Shown here one piece after another: positions 1 through 10,603 of a stretch of 64,000 nt of DNA. Below the pieces are notes generated by a model, which was not told the origin of the DNA, made no database searches, and worked only from the letters and a program-made list of their open reading frames with translations. Positions within the stretch are counted from its first letter, which is position 1. Each line of letters starts with the position of its first letter. Made by a program: the position numbers and the translations under genes. Source of the DNA: Candidatus Hodarchaeota archaeon (GTDB lineage Archaea > Asgardarchaeota > Lokiarchaeia > Sigyniarchaeales > SOKP01); contig JBHLKM010000001.1 in assembly GCA_048886685.1 (NCBI GenBank), positions 256,001-320,000 on the forward strand, read 5' to 3'.

Positions 1-1
1 A

Positions 2-280
2 TCCTCAAAAATTAAAATCCAAAATATAAAAAGGAGATTTAGAACTAAACATGAGATGTCTGCCTTGATATTAGCTCTTAGGACTGGTATAGAAGTTGAT
101 AGTGTAGAATTCCTCAATTCCTTAAAACAAAGAAAAATACTAGATATAAACAATAGGAATGAGCATGAAAATTTATTAAAAGAAATTAATAGATCAGCTG
201 AAGAAGTAAAAGATATAATCGAAAAAATAATAAATAATAATATCTCACTTAGCCAGTCTACTGAAATGTTAATTAAATAG
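2..280 (+). CDS. 3' end of a hypothetical protein (5'-partial)
   Basis: The frame is open from base 2 (SSKIKIQNIKRRFRTKHEMSAL...) to TAG at 278-280. No recognisable motif. Confidence 0.55.
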   Translation, partial: SSKIKIQNIKRRFRTKHEMSALILALRTGIEVDSVEFLNSLKQRKILDINNRNEHENLLKEINRSAEEVKDIIEKIINNNISLSQSTEMLIK

Positions 281-366
281 ATATAAGAGAAATAGAAAAG
301 ATCTGTAATTTGATAATCTTAGCTTAGTTAAAATATTCAACATTTTAAGTATATCTATTCCACAAA

Positions 367-1509
367 ATGACGAGTAATATCCCCATGAAATCGGTAAGAT
401 TGAAAAGTATTGATATTTTTCGTGGATTATGCATGTCCTGGATGATTTTAACCCATTTAATAGATTGGTGGATAACATCAGAATATAGCTGGCTACATTC
501 ACTTGCGATTATGATCTTTGATCCAATCGGTGCTTCAGGATTTTTATTTATTTCAGGAGTAAGTATAGCTCTATCATATAGAACAAGATTAAATAGGGTT
601 AGAGCGTCAGAGAATTATACCTATCGAATGGTTAGAAATTCATATCTTTTTCGAGCACTTTTTATATTTTTAATAGCTTTAGTCTATAATATTCCAACCG
701 CAATAGCTTTAAAAAACCCTTCTATGATTTGGACTTGGTTTGTATTATTGACTGCTGCTATCTCGCTCTTTTTAACTTGGCCCTTGTTAAAAACTTCTAA
801 GCTCATTAGAATTGCCATTGCTATCACAATAATAGTCTTACATCTCTTTATTGTTTCATGGCTATTACCATTTCAAGGTAAAGCAAATATTTTTGGCTTA
901 ATTTTTCATATTTTATATAATGATATTGATCAAGATCCTATTCTAATATTTTTTCCATTTTTCCTCATTGGAACTGTGATAGGGGATATAATCTATGATG
1001 TTATTATTTTGAGTACTGAAGAGAAAGAAATTACTAATTTCAAAAGAAAATTTTTAATCCCTATGCTACTAATTGGTTTTCCTTTAATAATTTCTGGAAT
1101 TTTCCTTAATATTCCTCGATTTTTAATAAGAGAAAGTCTATCTTGGATAATATATTCATTAGGAATTGATATTACTCTGCTATGTATATTAATCTCAATT
1201 GAGAAATTTAAGATTTTAGAGACAAAAAAGAGTTATAAATTCATTTTTTATTATTCCTATTATTCTCTGACTATTTACCTAGCACATAATTTGTTGTATT
1301 TTTTGCTGTTACATCAATTAAATTTAATAAGTATCTGGTTTTTTGCTGCAATATCTTTTTTTTCTATTGGATTTATCTTAAGGGCCATTTTTAAACGATG
1401 GGGAGAGAAAGCTTCCATTAAAGTTCAAATAGGCAGATTGAGTTTAGGTCTTGCAACTAAAATTGAGAAAAGATTAAATAAAAAACATAGTATAACAATT
1501 AAGAAATGA
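367..1509 (+). CDS. DUF1624 / heparan-alpha-glucosaminide N-acetyltransferase-like multi-pass membrane acyltransferase
   Basis: N-terminal RLKSIDIFRGLCM..MIL.H motif, FLFISGVS, about 10 hydrophobic segments and a late YSLTIYLAH motif. Confidence 0.75.
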   Translation: MTSNIPMKSVRLKSIDIFRGLCMSWMILTHLIDWWITSEYSWLHSLAIMIFDPIGASGFLFISGVSIALSYRTRLNRVRASENYTYRMVRNSYLFRALFIFLIALVYNIPTAIALKNPSMIWTWFVLLTAAISLFLTWPLLKTSKLIRIAIAITIIVLHLFIVSWLLPFQGKANIFGLIFHILYNDIDQDPILIFFPFFLIGTVIGDIIYDVIILSTEEKEITNFKRKFLIPMLLIGFPLIISGIFLNIPRFLIRESLSWIIYSLGIDITLLCILISIEKFKILETKKSYKFIFYYSYYSLTIYLAHNLLYFLLLHQLNLISIWFFAAISFFSIGFILRAIFKRWGEKASIKVQIGRLSLGLATKIEKRLNKKHSITIKK

Positions 1510-2288
1510 AAGAAAGAATTGACGTAATTTTAGTAGATAAACGGTTAGTTGAAAGTAGAACTAAAGCACAATGGTTAATAACAAATGGTTACGTATTTGT
1601 TAATGGAAAAAGAATACTAAAACCTGGTAAAAAAGTAGATAATTCTTTAGAGATTACTTTAGAGAAAGAATTTCCATATGTGAGCCGAGGAGGATTAAAA
1701 TTAGAAGCGGCATTAAAGCAATTTTCAATTTCAGTTTCTAATAAATGTTGTGTAGATATAGGAGCATCAGTTGGTGGCTTCACAGACTGCCTTTTACAAA
1801 ATGGAGCAAGGAAAATATATGCTATAGACAAAGCTACGGATATTTTTCACCCCTCACTAAGATGTGAGAAAACAAAAGGAAAGATAATTCCAATGTTAGG
1901 GGTAGATGCTCGGAATATGTCAATTATAATCGAAGAAGTGGATATCTGCACGATTGATGTTACATTCGCATCACTAAAAACTATCCTTCTAAATATGAGA
2001 AAATTCATCAAATCTGATGGAGATATAATCGCATTAGTGAAACCGCTATTCGAAACAGATTTTAAAAATATGAAAAAATTTAAAGTAATTCGAGATCCCG
2101 AGCATCTTTATCAAATTTTAACAGATCTGAATCACTGGTGTCAACTAAACCACTTTTTTCCTTCTAATATTATTAAATCACCTATATTAGGTAAGGAAGG
2201 TTCAATTGAATTTTTAATTCATATAAAATTAAGAGATCCAGGGCTAATTAATGATTTCAACATGTTAATTAGGAATCTTTTGTTTTGA
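1506..2288 (+). CDS. tlyA: TlyA-family rRNA 2'-O-methyltransferase (S4 domain + FtsJ-like MTase)
   Basis: S4 motif RIDVILV..LVESRTKAQ, then YVSRGGLKL, DIGASVGGFTDCLLQNGA, DVTFASL, ALVKPLFE and SPILG...EFL. ATGA overlap with the upstream gene. Confidence 0.9.
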   Translation: MKERIDVILVDKRLVESRTKAQWLITNGYVFVNGKRILKPGKKVDNSLEITLEKEFPYVSRGGLKLEAALKQFSISVSNKCCVDIGASVGGFTDCLLQNGARKIYAIDKATDIFHPSLRCEKTKGKIIPMLGVDARNMSIIIEEVDICTIDVTFASLKTILLNMRKFIKSDGDIIALVKPLFETDFKNMKKFKVIRDPEHLYQILTDLNHWCQLNHFFPSNIIKSPILGKEGSIEFLIHIKLRDPGLINDFNMLIRNLLF

Positions 2289-2333
2289 AAATATTTTATA
2301 ACGAAAAAAGGAATAACCGTTTTTCAATGAACC

Positions 2334-3503
2334 CTAAATAATAGGATATTCATTGAAAATCTTTCCCCATTCTGTTTGGTAAAATTTCTTAATTCTTCGT
2401 TTGCCTACTATTGGATACCATAGCATATCATGATATATCATAGATGCATAAGTGGGACCTAAAAAGAAGAGTTCACTGCGGAATAATGGATAAAGGAAAT
2501 GTAATGGTCCTTTTCGTACCATTTGATCTCCCCATATTACTATACTGCGTTTCACTTTAAAGTTCCAGTTAATATTTGAGACATCCTCTCCAATTATATC
2601 AATTTGATCAAAATCTCCACATCCAAGGCCTTCATCATGAGCCATTTTTATAGCTGGTAGTTTTAGTGGTTCAAATCCTAACATCCGAGCAACAACCGTA
2701 TCAACAGCAACTTGATCATATCCTGCAATTAAATAATTCTTTATACGAGGAATCATTGTTCTTGGTCCAGCTCCATCACCGCATACAGTTCCATCAACTA
2801 CTGAGAGAATATGTGGATGAATTTGCTTCTGGATAATTAAAAGATCTACTAAAACCTCGGACATATATTGATGTGAGAAATGTCTTCTTTTCGTTAAGAG
2901 TCCACCAAATGCATTTTTCATAGCGCATGTTATACCACCATGCTTTAATTCACCTTTAGTTTTTTTCAATTCACCACCTACAGCTCCTGTGTGACCGTGT
3001 GTTTTTATAGTAGGTAAGTGGATTATCGGTTTTCCAACATAAAACTCTGGAATATTAAATCCTTCGGGAAATATTTTTGAATCTAATGCGTGTAAACTTT
3101 TATTTTTTAGTGACAAAAAACTATTTTTTAAGTCATGATAGGGTACAAATTTAATTCTCGTTAATGGCACAAACCACACTCCATATTTCTTAATAATCCC
3201 ATTCCAGCGGTTCAAGTGAATGCCTTTACTTAAATTAGTAACAACTGTGCGGTTTTCAGCCGTAAAAAGTTTCTTAGGTTCGTAACCATCATCTATCATA
3301 GTTTTTAAGACACCCTCAACTTGCCAAGGTGGACTTGAACATGCAGGAAAGAACTTTGACCAACTTAGATTAAGTTTAATGATCGTTTTAAGCTCCTTCG
3401 GAAATCTATCTTGGTATTTTGCCATGTGCATAAGCTTAGCATAGTCTTCAAAAATGGATTTAGGGGAAGTTTTAATTACAAAAATTTGGGTTTTATCACT
3501 CAT
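2334..3503 (-). CDS. DUF362-family (putative Fe-S) protein
   Basis: KLNLSW..FFPACSSPPWQVEG, HLPTIKTH, MKNAFGGL, VDGTVCGDGAGP and DQVAVD motifs. Likely start at 3503 (MSDK); the ORF track starts at 3521. Confidence 0.8.
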   Translation of the reverse strand: MSDKTQIFVIKTSPKSIFEDYAKLMHMAKYQDRFPKELKTIIKLNLSWSKFFPACSSPPWQVEGVLKTMIDDGYEPKKLFTAENRTVVTNLSKGIHLNRWNGIIKKYGVWFVPLTRIKFVPYHDLKNSFLSLKNKSLHALDSKIFPEGFNIPEFYVGKPIIHLPTIKTHGHTGAVGGELKKTKGELKHGGITCAMKNAFGGLLTKRRHFSHQYMSEVLVDLLIIQKQIHPHILSVVDGTVCGDGAGPRTMIPRIKNYLIAGYDQVAVDTVVARMLGFEPLKLPAIKMAHDEGLGCGDFDQIDIIGEDVSNINWNFKVKRSIVIWGDQMVRKGPLHFLYPLFRSELFFLGPTYASMIYHDMLWYPIVGKRRIKKFYQTEWGKIFNEYPII

Positions 3504-4038
3504 AACTATATTGTAAAACATGGATTACTTTATTTATTTTACTAATGAGATGAGAAATGTGTAAGACCTTATTCCATTTTTAAAATTTCTCATAACCATC
3601 TGTTTAAGACGTTTTACTCCCATCTGAGTTCCATATTTCTCTGATTTTTTATCTCCTTTTTATATTTATTTGGAGGTAGTTAATGCCACCTTTAATTGCC
3701 AATATCCCCCTGCTTATTCTGAAGTTTTTCAAAGTTAGCTATCATCAATTTATTATTATAAAATAATCTTATAGACTGATTAGCTACATTCTCGATTCTG
3801 TAACTCTTGTTCTAAAACCATATATTAACAACATAGTTAGTATGATAAAAATCCTAAAAGGTTTCTTCGATGAGCTAATCATGTGGATCGAATTGTAGGT
3901 TCGAATCCCTTGCTCGAGTATTTTCTAAATATTCTTTTTAATTCATTGTAATATTTTGACAAATTTAATGAAAAAAAGAATATAAATTAGTATTGAACGC
4001 TTATACTATTTAATAATTTCTTAATTAATTACAAATTT

Positions 4039-5244
4039 GTGATTTCAATATCGAATATACAACTATATACTGAATCAGATACTATTGAACATGTAAAATC
4101 TTTAGCATATAATCGAGGTGCTACAACTACGGGAGAAACAGAGGCATTATATTATATAGAAAATGCGTTAATGGAAGAAGATATTAAATCAAAGGTTGAA
4201 CATTTTGATTGGATTGGCCCCATGAGGATATTGATGAGAATGAGCTATGTCTTTATCTTAAGCTATTTAATTCTTTTTCGCTTATTTTTAGTGATTATCG
4301 CCTATTTTCTTATAAAAAATTTCTTTGAAAGAACACGAAATTTAACCTTGGTAAATAAGGAGGAATCAAAAAATATCTTTACCAAAATATTATCTAAAAA
4401 CCAAACCAAAAATCGTCCATTAGTTATATTTACTGCTCATTATGATTCAATTTCTCTGAATCTTCCTTACAAGATACAAGTTATATTATTCTTTATATAC
4501 AGACTTATAATCTTATTCTATATTTTAGTTATTATAACTTTTTCAACATTATTTATTCTTGATTTTTTAAACATCGTTCCTCTATCGAATCTTATTATTG
4601 TTTTAATAATTTTTACAACAATCATCGGAGTATTCATTTCAATTCCGATACTTTTTTTGGTTTTCAGTGAAAGTCCTTCGTCTGGATCAATTGACAATGC
4701 AAGTGGAGTCGCAATTTTAATTGAACTAGCAAAATTATTTAAAAAAAATCCACTTAATAACATGGATCTTTTATTTATATGGACTGGAGCTGAAGAATGG
4801 GGTATGAAAGGCTCAAGAAACTTTTGTAGAAATCATTTTGAAAGTTTAATGGATGACTATGATTTGGATAGATCTTATTATATTAATATTGATATGGTGG
4901 GATCATACATTGGTCTTCTAAATAAAACAGGATTTATTATTAGACGAGAAATAAATCAGGATTTGAATAAGAATTTTGAAGCTACAGCAAAAAAGTTAAA
5001 GATCCCTCTAATTAAATTCAATAAAATTATTAAACCGAACAGCGATAACAGAATGTTCAAAAGATATGCTCGCCGTAAGAGAACAAAATTACAAATAAGT
5101 TGTTTTCATTCAGATAAAGATTCAAAGTTCATACATTCTTTAAAAGATACACCTGATAAATGTTCTATTGAAAATCTAAATGGGTGTTTAAATATCTGTT
5201 CCCAATCTTTAAGGAGCATTGATCTAATATTAGAAAAGCTGTAA
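4039..5244 (+). CDS. M28-family zinc peptidase with inserted transmembrane hairpins
   Basis: AHYDS, GSIDNASGVA, GAEEWGMKGS, NIDMVG, SD and IHSLKDT metal-ligand motifs; TM segments lie between the catalytic motifs. Confidence 0.85.
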   Translation: MISISNIQLYTESDTIEHVKSLAYNRGATTTGETEALYYIENALMEEDIKSKVEHFDWIGPMRILMRMSYVFILSYLILFRLFLVIIAYFLIKNFFERTRNLTLVNKEESKNIFTKILSKNQTKNRPLVIFTAHYDSISLNLPYKIQVILFFIYRLIILFYILVIITFSTLFILDFLNIVPLSNLIIVLIIFTTIIGVFISIPILFLVFSESPSSGSIDNASGVAILIELAKLFKKNPLNNMDLLFIWTGAEEWGMKGSRNFCRNHFESLMDDYDLDRSYYINIDMVGSYIGLLNKTGFIIRREINQDLNKNFEATAKKLKIPLIKFNKIIKPNSDNRMFKRYARRKRTKLQISCFHSDKDSKFIHSLKDTPDKCSIENLNGCLNICSQSLRSIDLILEKL

Positions 5245-5308
5245 AAGAAAAAAGAAAATTGAAAAAAATTTCCTAAAAAAAGGTAAAAAATGCGATTGAT
5301 TGCATAAA

Positions 5309-6421
5309 TTAATCTGAAATATACGTCATACCTTTGTAAGATTTTTTTTCGTCCTTAAAAGGTAAACACATTATATAATGGTCACCACCCAGATGGATTT
5401 CCCTTGGGTCTTCTATACCACATCCTACATGTTTGTCTTTTTCTTGACACCTAGGATGAAAGGGACACCCTTCTGGTGGATTAATTGGGCTGGGGACATC
5501 TCCTTCTAATATTATCCTGTTTGCTCTTGAAGAAGGATCGAATGTAGGTCGAGCTGATAATAAAGCTCTTGTGTATGGATGTGTTGGATTATAGAAAACC
5601 TCATCAATTGTACCCGTTTCCACGAACTTACCCAAGTACATTACTGCGATTCTATCAGCGATATGTTGTATCACACTTAAATCGTGAGTTATAAAAAGAT
5701 AGGATAAATCAAATTTATCTTGAAGTTCTTTTAATAAATTTAAAATTTGAGCTTGAACGGATACATCAAGAGCGGAGGTTGGCTCATCTAGGATAATCAC
5801 TTCAGGATTACAAGCTAATGCTCTAGCAATTACAATCCTTTGTTTTTGACCACCAGAGAATTCATGGGGATACCGATCTAAATGCTCAACTTTCATTGAT
5901 ACTACTTCTAAGATTTCAGTAACTCGTTTCCGAATCTTTCTCTTTTTTTTCATTCCTAGGAGAATTCTTAAAGGTTCCCCAATAATTTTAACCACTTTCC
6001 AGCGAGGATTTAAGGAAGAGTCAGGATCTTGAAATACCATCTGTATCTTTTTGCGAAGTTGCTGGGTATATTTAATAGCCTCGTCTATATCAATACTAGT
6101 AGTATCCTGTTCTTCTTTTTTTATGTCCTTTTTACTCTGTGTTACTATTTTTTTATCTTCAAAATAGACCTCTCCAGAAGTGCTATGAACCAGATTTAGA
6201 ATGGTATTTCCAATAGTAGTTTTGCCACAACCGCTTTCTCCTACTAACCCTAATGTTTCTTTTCTATAAAGATTAAAAGTAACGCCATCAACGGCTTTTA
6301 CATCACCTATTTTTCTCTTAATCAATCCACCTAATATGGGGTAATATGTTTTAAGATTTTTTACGGAAATAATGACGCTTCTCTTCCCTTTATTATCAAT
6401 TTTTTCTTTGACTTCAGACAT
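5309..6421 (-). CDS. dppF: Oligo/dipeptide ABC transporter ATP-binding subunit (DppF/OppF)
   Basis: Walker A GESGCGKTT, FSGGQKQR, LDEPTSALD and C-terminal GCPFHPRC. Confidence 0.92.
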   Translation of the reverse strand: MSEVKEKIDNKGKRSVIISVKNLKTYYPILGGLIKRKIGDVKAVDGVTFNLYRKETLGLVGESGCGKTTIGNTILNLVHSTSGEVYFEDKKIVTQSKKDIKKEEQDTTSIDIDEAIKYTQQLRKKIQMVFQDPDSSLNPRWKVVKIIGEPLRILLGMKKKRKIRKRVTEILEVVSMKVEHLDRYPHEFSGGQKQRIVIARALACNPEVIILDEPTSALDVSVQAQILNLLKELQDKFDLSYLFITHDLSVIQHIADRIAVMYLGKFVETGTIDEVFYNPTHPYTRALLSARPTFDPSSRANRIILEGDVPSPINPPEGCPFHPRCQEKDKHVGCGIEDPREIHLGGDHYIMCLPFKDEKKSYKGMTYISD

Positions 6422-6465
6422 TTTTCTATTTTGATTTTATTTTTGATCGATATTTAGTTTTATTA

Positions 6466-7764
6466 TTATACTTTATAAGATTCAATATCTTCTTTCGTCT
6501 TCCATTCGTATTTTGGAGAATCTTTATGTTTTGGGTCATAAAGATGACATGCAACATAATACCTATCACTTATTTCAATCCAAGATGGTTTGATTTTATC
6601 ACAGATTTCCAATCGTTCGTCGCATCTTGGGTGAAATCTACAACCTGATGGGGGGTAAATCAAGTTTGGAACCATCCCCCGAATAGTTTTTAATTCTTTA
6701 TCTTTTGTTTCAATACTAGGAATAGCTCCTATCAAACCTTGAGTATATGGATGGCGTGGATTTTTAAATAAATCATTAGCAGTTGCATATTCTACTATAT
6801 TCCCGCTATACATGACAGCGATCCGATCGCATGTTTCCGCGATAATTCCTAAATCATGAGTTATTAAAAGGAGAGAAGTTCTGAATTTCTTTTTCAATAT
6901 ATTCATTAAATCAAGAATTTGAGCTTGTATAGTCACGTCTAAGGCAGTTGTTGGCTCATCAGCAATTAATAGTTGCGGATTACATGAAAGTGCCATAGAA
7001 ATCATAATTCGTTGTCTCATTCCGCCACTTAACTCATGAGGATACCTTTTTATTATACCTTTCGCATCAGCAATTCCTACTTCCTTTATGATTTTTTCTA
7101 CTTCTTCTAATGCAATATTTTTCAAAAGTGGTGGTTTTGGTATTTTATCTCTAAGTTCTTTGATTCTTAACAGAAGATCTTGCTCTTCTTCTTCAGATAT
7201 AAGTCCATCCTTTTCTTTCTGTCTTAATTCATTCTTTAAGTTCTCTTTTTCATCAATTAACTTTTGTCTCTTTAAACGACGGTTGTCTAGAGTTTTGTGA
7301 AGTTCTTCTTTTTGGTGAAGAAGGAATACTTCTGACAGTTGTTTACCAACTGACATTACGGGATTAAGCGAATTAAGAGGATCTTGAAAGATCATAGTAA
7401 TTTGATTACCACGGTATTCCCTCATTTTTGGCGTGGATAATTTCAGAAGATTTATGTCATTAAACTTTATTGAACCCTCAATAATTTGTCCTGGTTCCCC
7501 AACAAGTTGTAGAATTGAAAGCGCTGTAACTGATTTTCCGCATCCAGTTTCGCCGACAAGACCAAGTACCTCATCTTTATATATATCAAATGAAACACCA
7601 TCAACTGCTTTAACGATACCTTCTTCGGTATAAAAGTATACTTTTAAATTTCTGACTTCAAGCAGCTTTTCTGACTTATCTTTTAAATCTAACTCTAATT
7701 GTTCTGTTTTACTATTTTCAATAGCTATTTTTTTTTTTTCTGTTATTTCCATTCTCAGTGTCAA
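6466..7764 (-). CDS. dppD: Oligo/dipeptide ABC transporter ATP-binding subunit (DppD/OppD) with a charged helical insertion
   Basis: GETGCGKS, LSGGMRQR, ADEPTTALD and GCRFHPRC. Exact start uncertain. Confidence 0.92.
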   Translation of the reverse strand: MTLRMEITEKKKIAIENSKTEQLELDLKDKSEKLLEVRNLKVYFYTEEGIVKAVDGVSFDIYKDEVLGLVGETGCGKSVTALSILQLVGEPGQIIEGSIKFNDINLLKLSTPKMREYRGNQITMIFQDPLNSLNPVMSVGKQLSEVFLLHQKEELHKTLDNRRLKRQKLIDEKENLKNELRQKEKDGLISEEEEQDLLLRIKELRDKIPKPPLLKNIALEEVEKIIKEVGIADAKGIIKRYPHELSGGMRQRIMISMALSCNPQLLIADEPTTALDVTIQAQILDLMNILKKKFRTSLLLITHDLGIIAETCDRIAVMYSGNIVEYATANDLFKNPRHPYTQGLIGAIPSIETKDKELKTIRGMVPNLIYPPSGCRFHPRCDERLEICDKIKPSWIEISDRYYVACHLYDPKHKDSPKYEWKTKEDIESYKV

Positions 7765-7800
7765 CTCAGTAATAATAAAAAAAAAAGATTAGATCTAATA

Positions 7801-8820
7801 TTATAAGTTTCTTAATCTCGGGTCTAGAGCATCTCTTAGTCCATCTCCAACTAACATAAAGCCCAACACCGTGATTAATATCATTATTCCTGGCCATAAT
7901 GCTGCCCAAGGGGCATTTACAAGATGACCGCGTCCAATATCAATATCTCTCCCCCATTCGATTAATCTAGGGTCACTATAACCTAGGAATGCGAGCCCCG
8001 CAAAACTCAAAATTACTCCACCTATATCAAATGTAAATGAAATTATGATTGGTTGTATAGAATTGGGTAGGATATGTCTAAACATTATTCTCCAGTTTCC
8101 TGCACCAGCAACTTTTGCTGCTTGCACATAAGGTAATTCTCGTGCTTGCAACACTGATCCCCTAATTAAACGAGCATAATAAGGAATACCGAGAATTCCA
8201 TAGGCAAAAATTATAATTTCCATCTTTCGACCTAAAATTCCTACTAATACAATAGCAAAAACCAAAGCAGGAAATGCAAGAAAAACATCTCCAATTCTCA
8301 TTATAATTGTATCTACCCAGCCACCGTAATACGCGGCAATCACACCAAATATAACACCTGCGACTACACTTAATGTTATTGATGGTAGGGCAATCGTCAA
8401 AGAATTTCTTGCTCCGAATATTATCCTTGCTAGGATATCACGTCCAAAATTAGTTTGCCCTAAAGGATGTTCTGGAGATGGTGGGTCCCACGAACCTGCA
8501 AAAATTGCATCTGCTTCTTGAACTGTATAGGGAGAAAGCCAATGCCCAAAAACAGCAAATGTTACAATTATAATAACAATAAAAATTCCTAAGATGGTTA
8601 AGGGTGCTTTCAACCTCCGAATAAATTTTCTTTTACTAATTGTTCTTTCATATTCAGATTGCCGTTGATCCAAATCTTCTAGTCTAGAGCCTGGTATGAG
8701 AAGAAACTTAATATTAAAGAAAATCCACGAGATTATGAACTTCATTATCCCCTCTTTTTTCTCCTCTACTACTATTTCTTCCAATTCTTGTTGAAAAGTT
8801 TGTTGCTTAATTTTTTTCAC
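7801..8820 (-). CDS. dppC: Oligo/dipeptide ABC transporter permease (DppC/OppC)
   Basis: HPLGQTNFGRDILAR, EAA-like loop YVQAAKVAGA, GDGLRDALDPR. Confidence 0.92.
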   Translation of the reverse strand: MKKIKQQTFQQELEEIVVEEKKEGIMKFIISWIFFNIKFLLIPGSRLEDLDQRQSEYERTISKRKFIRRLKAPLTILGIFIVIIIVTFAVFGHWLSPYTVQEADAIFAGSWDPPSPEHPLGQTNFGRDILARIIFGARNSLTIALPSITLSVVAGVIFGVIAAYYGGWVDTIIMRIGDVFLAFPALVFAIVLVGILGRKMEIIIFAYGILGIPYYARLIRGSVLQARELPYVQAAKVAGAGNWRIMFRHILPNSIQPIIISFTFDIGGVILSFAGLAFLGYSDPRLIEWGRDIDIGRGHLVNAPWAALWPGIMILITVLGFMLVGDGLRDALDPRLRNL

Positions 8821-8846
8821 TTTATTTTATTTTTTTTTTTTATTTT

Positions 8847-9866
8847 CTATGAATATTTTATTCTTGGGTCTAAATACGCATATGCCACGTCAGTAAATAA
8901 ATTTACAAGAATGAATATTATTGTAGTCATGAATACAATCGCGTTTAATACATAATAGTCACGATCCAGTATAGCACGTAATAACAATTCACCCATTCCA
9001 TGTAAATTAAAAGTAATTTCTGTTAACATAGCTCCACCTAATAAACCGCCAATGCTTAATCCTATAACAGTTACAGTAGGAATTAATGCATTTCTTCGAG
9101 CATGTTTTTTTATAACATCTCTTTCTTTACAGCCTTTTGCTCTTGCGGTTCTAATATAATCCTGTTGTAATATTTCAAGCATGCTCGAACGGGTTTGCCT
9201 CGTAAATGTTGCAAGAAATATAAAAGCTAAACAAAATACAGGTAAAACTAAATGAACTAAATAATCTCCAACTAAATACCATTTGCCTTCAATTATTGAG
9301 TCTATTATTCTGAAACCAGTTACGAGTTTAGGATCTTCATATCTCATATCTTTATATCCGATTGCTGGAAACCAACCTAATTTATAGGCTATAAAGAATT
9401 GAAGTAGTAATCCCAACCAAAAAACTGGAATGGATACTCCAACAAGAGCAAACCCCCTAAATATTGTATCTCTAGATTTATTTCTATGGGTTGCTGCAAC
9501 TACTCCTGTTTTAATACCTACGAATGAAGCAATAATTATTGAAAAAATAGCAACATCTAAAGTCCTTGGAAATCTTTCCCAGATAAGTTCCCAAACGTCT
9601 TGTCCCCTATTAATAGAAATAGATCTGCCCCAATTACCCAAAAATAAGTTTCCCATATATATAAAAAATTGTTGAAATAGTGGTAAATCAAATCCAAGTT
9701 GATGCGCTCTTGCATCATATTGTTCTCGAGTATATATTGGTGGGAGGTGTGCCAAAATTGGATCCCCTGGCATTGCTCTAGAAAGGAAGAATGTTAAAAT
9801 TAAAACTCCGAATAATATAGGTATTAATTGCAGCATTCTTCTAAATATATATTTAAGCATACTCAT
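8847..9866 (-). CDS. dppB: Oligo/dipeptide ABC transporter permease (DppB/OppB)
   Basis: MPGDP, DYIRTARAKG, DVAYAYLDPRI. Confidence 0.92.
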   Translation of the reverse strand: MSMLKYIFRRMLQLIPILFGVLILTFFLSRAMPGDPILAHLPPIYTREQYDARAHQLGFDLPLFQQFFIYMGNLFLGNWGRSISINRGQDVWELIWERFPRTLDVAIFSIIIASFVGIKTGVVAATHRNKSRDTIFRGFALVGVSIPVFWLGLLLQFFIAYKLGWFPAIGYKDMRYEDPKLVTGFRIIDSIIEGKWYLVGDYLVHLVLPVFCLAFIFLATFTRQTRSSMLEILQQDYIRTARAKGCKERDVIKKHARRNALIPTVTVIGLSIGGLLGGAMLTEITFNLHGMGELLLRAILDRDYYVLNAIVFMTTIIFILVNLFTDVAYAYLDPRIKYS

Positions 9867-9920
9867 GTTTTTACACTTACCGATTTTGATAATTTTTTAT
9901 ATTATTTTTAATTTTTTTTT

Positions 9921-10388
9921 TTAACCTTCAATCTCTTCAATTTTTCTGAAATGTTCAATATATTTCTGCTTGGAATAAACAGCTAAAATTGCTGCTAACA
10001 AATTGATGCCCAATACTGAAAAAATTGTAATATATCCTTCATAATTAATAAAAAATCGTCCAATCTGGATTAGTATATCTAATTTGTAATTTACAAATAT
10101 ATACCAAAACCATGATTGTGCTAATATGAACGGAGTAAGCCATATACTATTCCTAATACCATATTCAAAAAAATCTTCTCTAAACGCCATAATAAATACT
10201 ATTATAAAAAGAATAACTAATGATACAATTGAATATGGATTAAATAAAATTTTGTGCAAATACAATATATCTTCTCCTATTGATTTTCTATATCGATTGC
10301 ATATATATCCAAAAAATATGAAGTGAATCAGTAGAAGGGTAACTATAAAATTAGCTTGCCTATTAAACTCAATTTTGGTAATCTTCAC
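9921..10388 (-). CDS. Small 4-TM hypothetical membrane protein within the dpp cluster
   Basis: 155 aa with four hydrophobic segments; GTG start preceded by GGAG; co-oriented with dppA and dppB. Confidence 0.65.
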   Translation of the reverse strand: MKITKIEFNRQANFIVTLLLIHFIFFGYICNRYRKSIGEDILYLHKILFNPYSIVSLVILFIIVFIMAFREDFFEYGIRNSIWLTPFILAQSWFWYIFVNYKLDILIQIGRFFINYEGYITIFSVLGINLLAAILAVYSKQKYIEHFRKIEEIEG

Positions 10389-10603
10389 AAAACTTCTCCA
10401 AATTAATTGAATTCTTATTTAAATTGTTTTTTTTACAAATTTGAATAATAATTATTTTTTTATTAATTTTTATATTTTTTTTACACTTTATCGTTTTTTA
10501 TATTTTTCAAACCACTTAATTATTGTTATATAAGTTATTTTTTTTTCTTTCGATTATATAAAAAAAAAAAAAATTTTGATTTATTTATTATTCATACTCT
10601 TCT

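Noticed and set aside
2935-2990. Extra GAVGGELKKTKGELKHGG segment in the DUF362 protein as another intron
   Set aside because: It is in frame, has no stop and no hairpin or BHB. It contains a short direct duplication (GELK twice), so it looks like an ordinary loop insertion.
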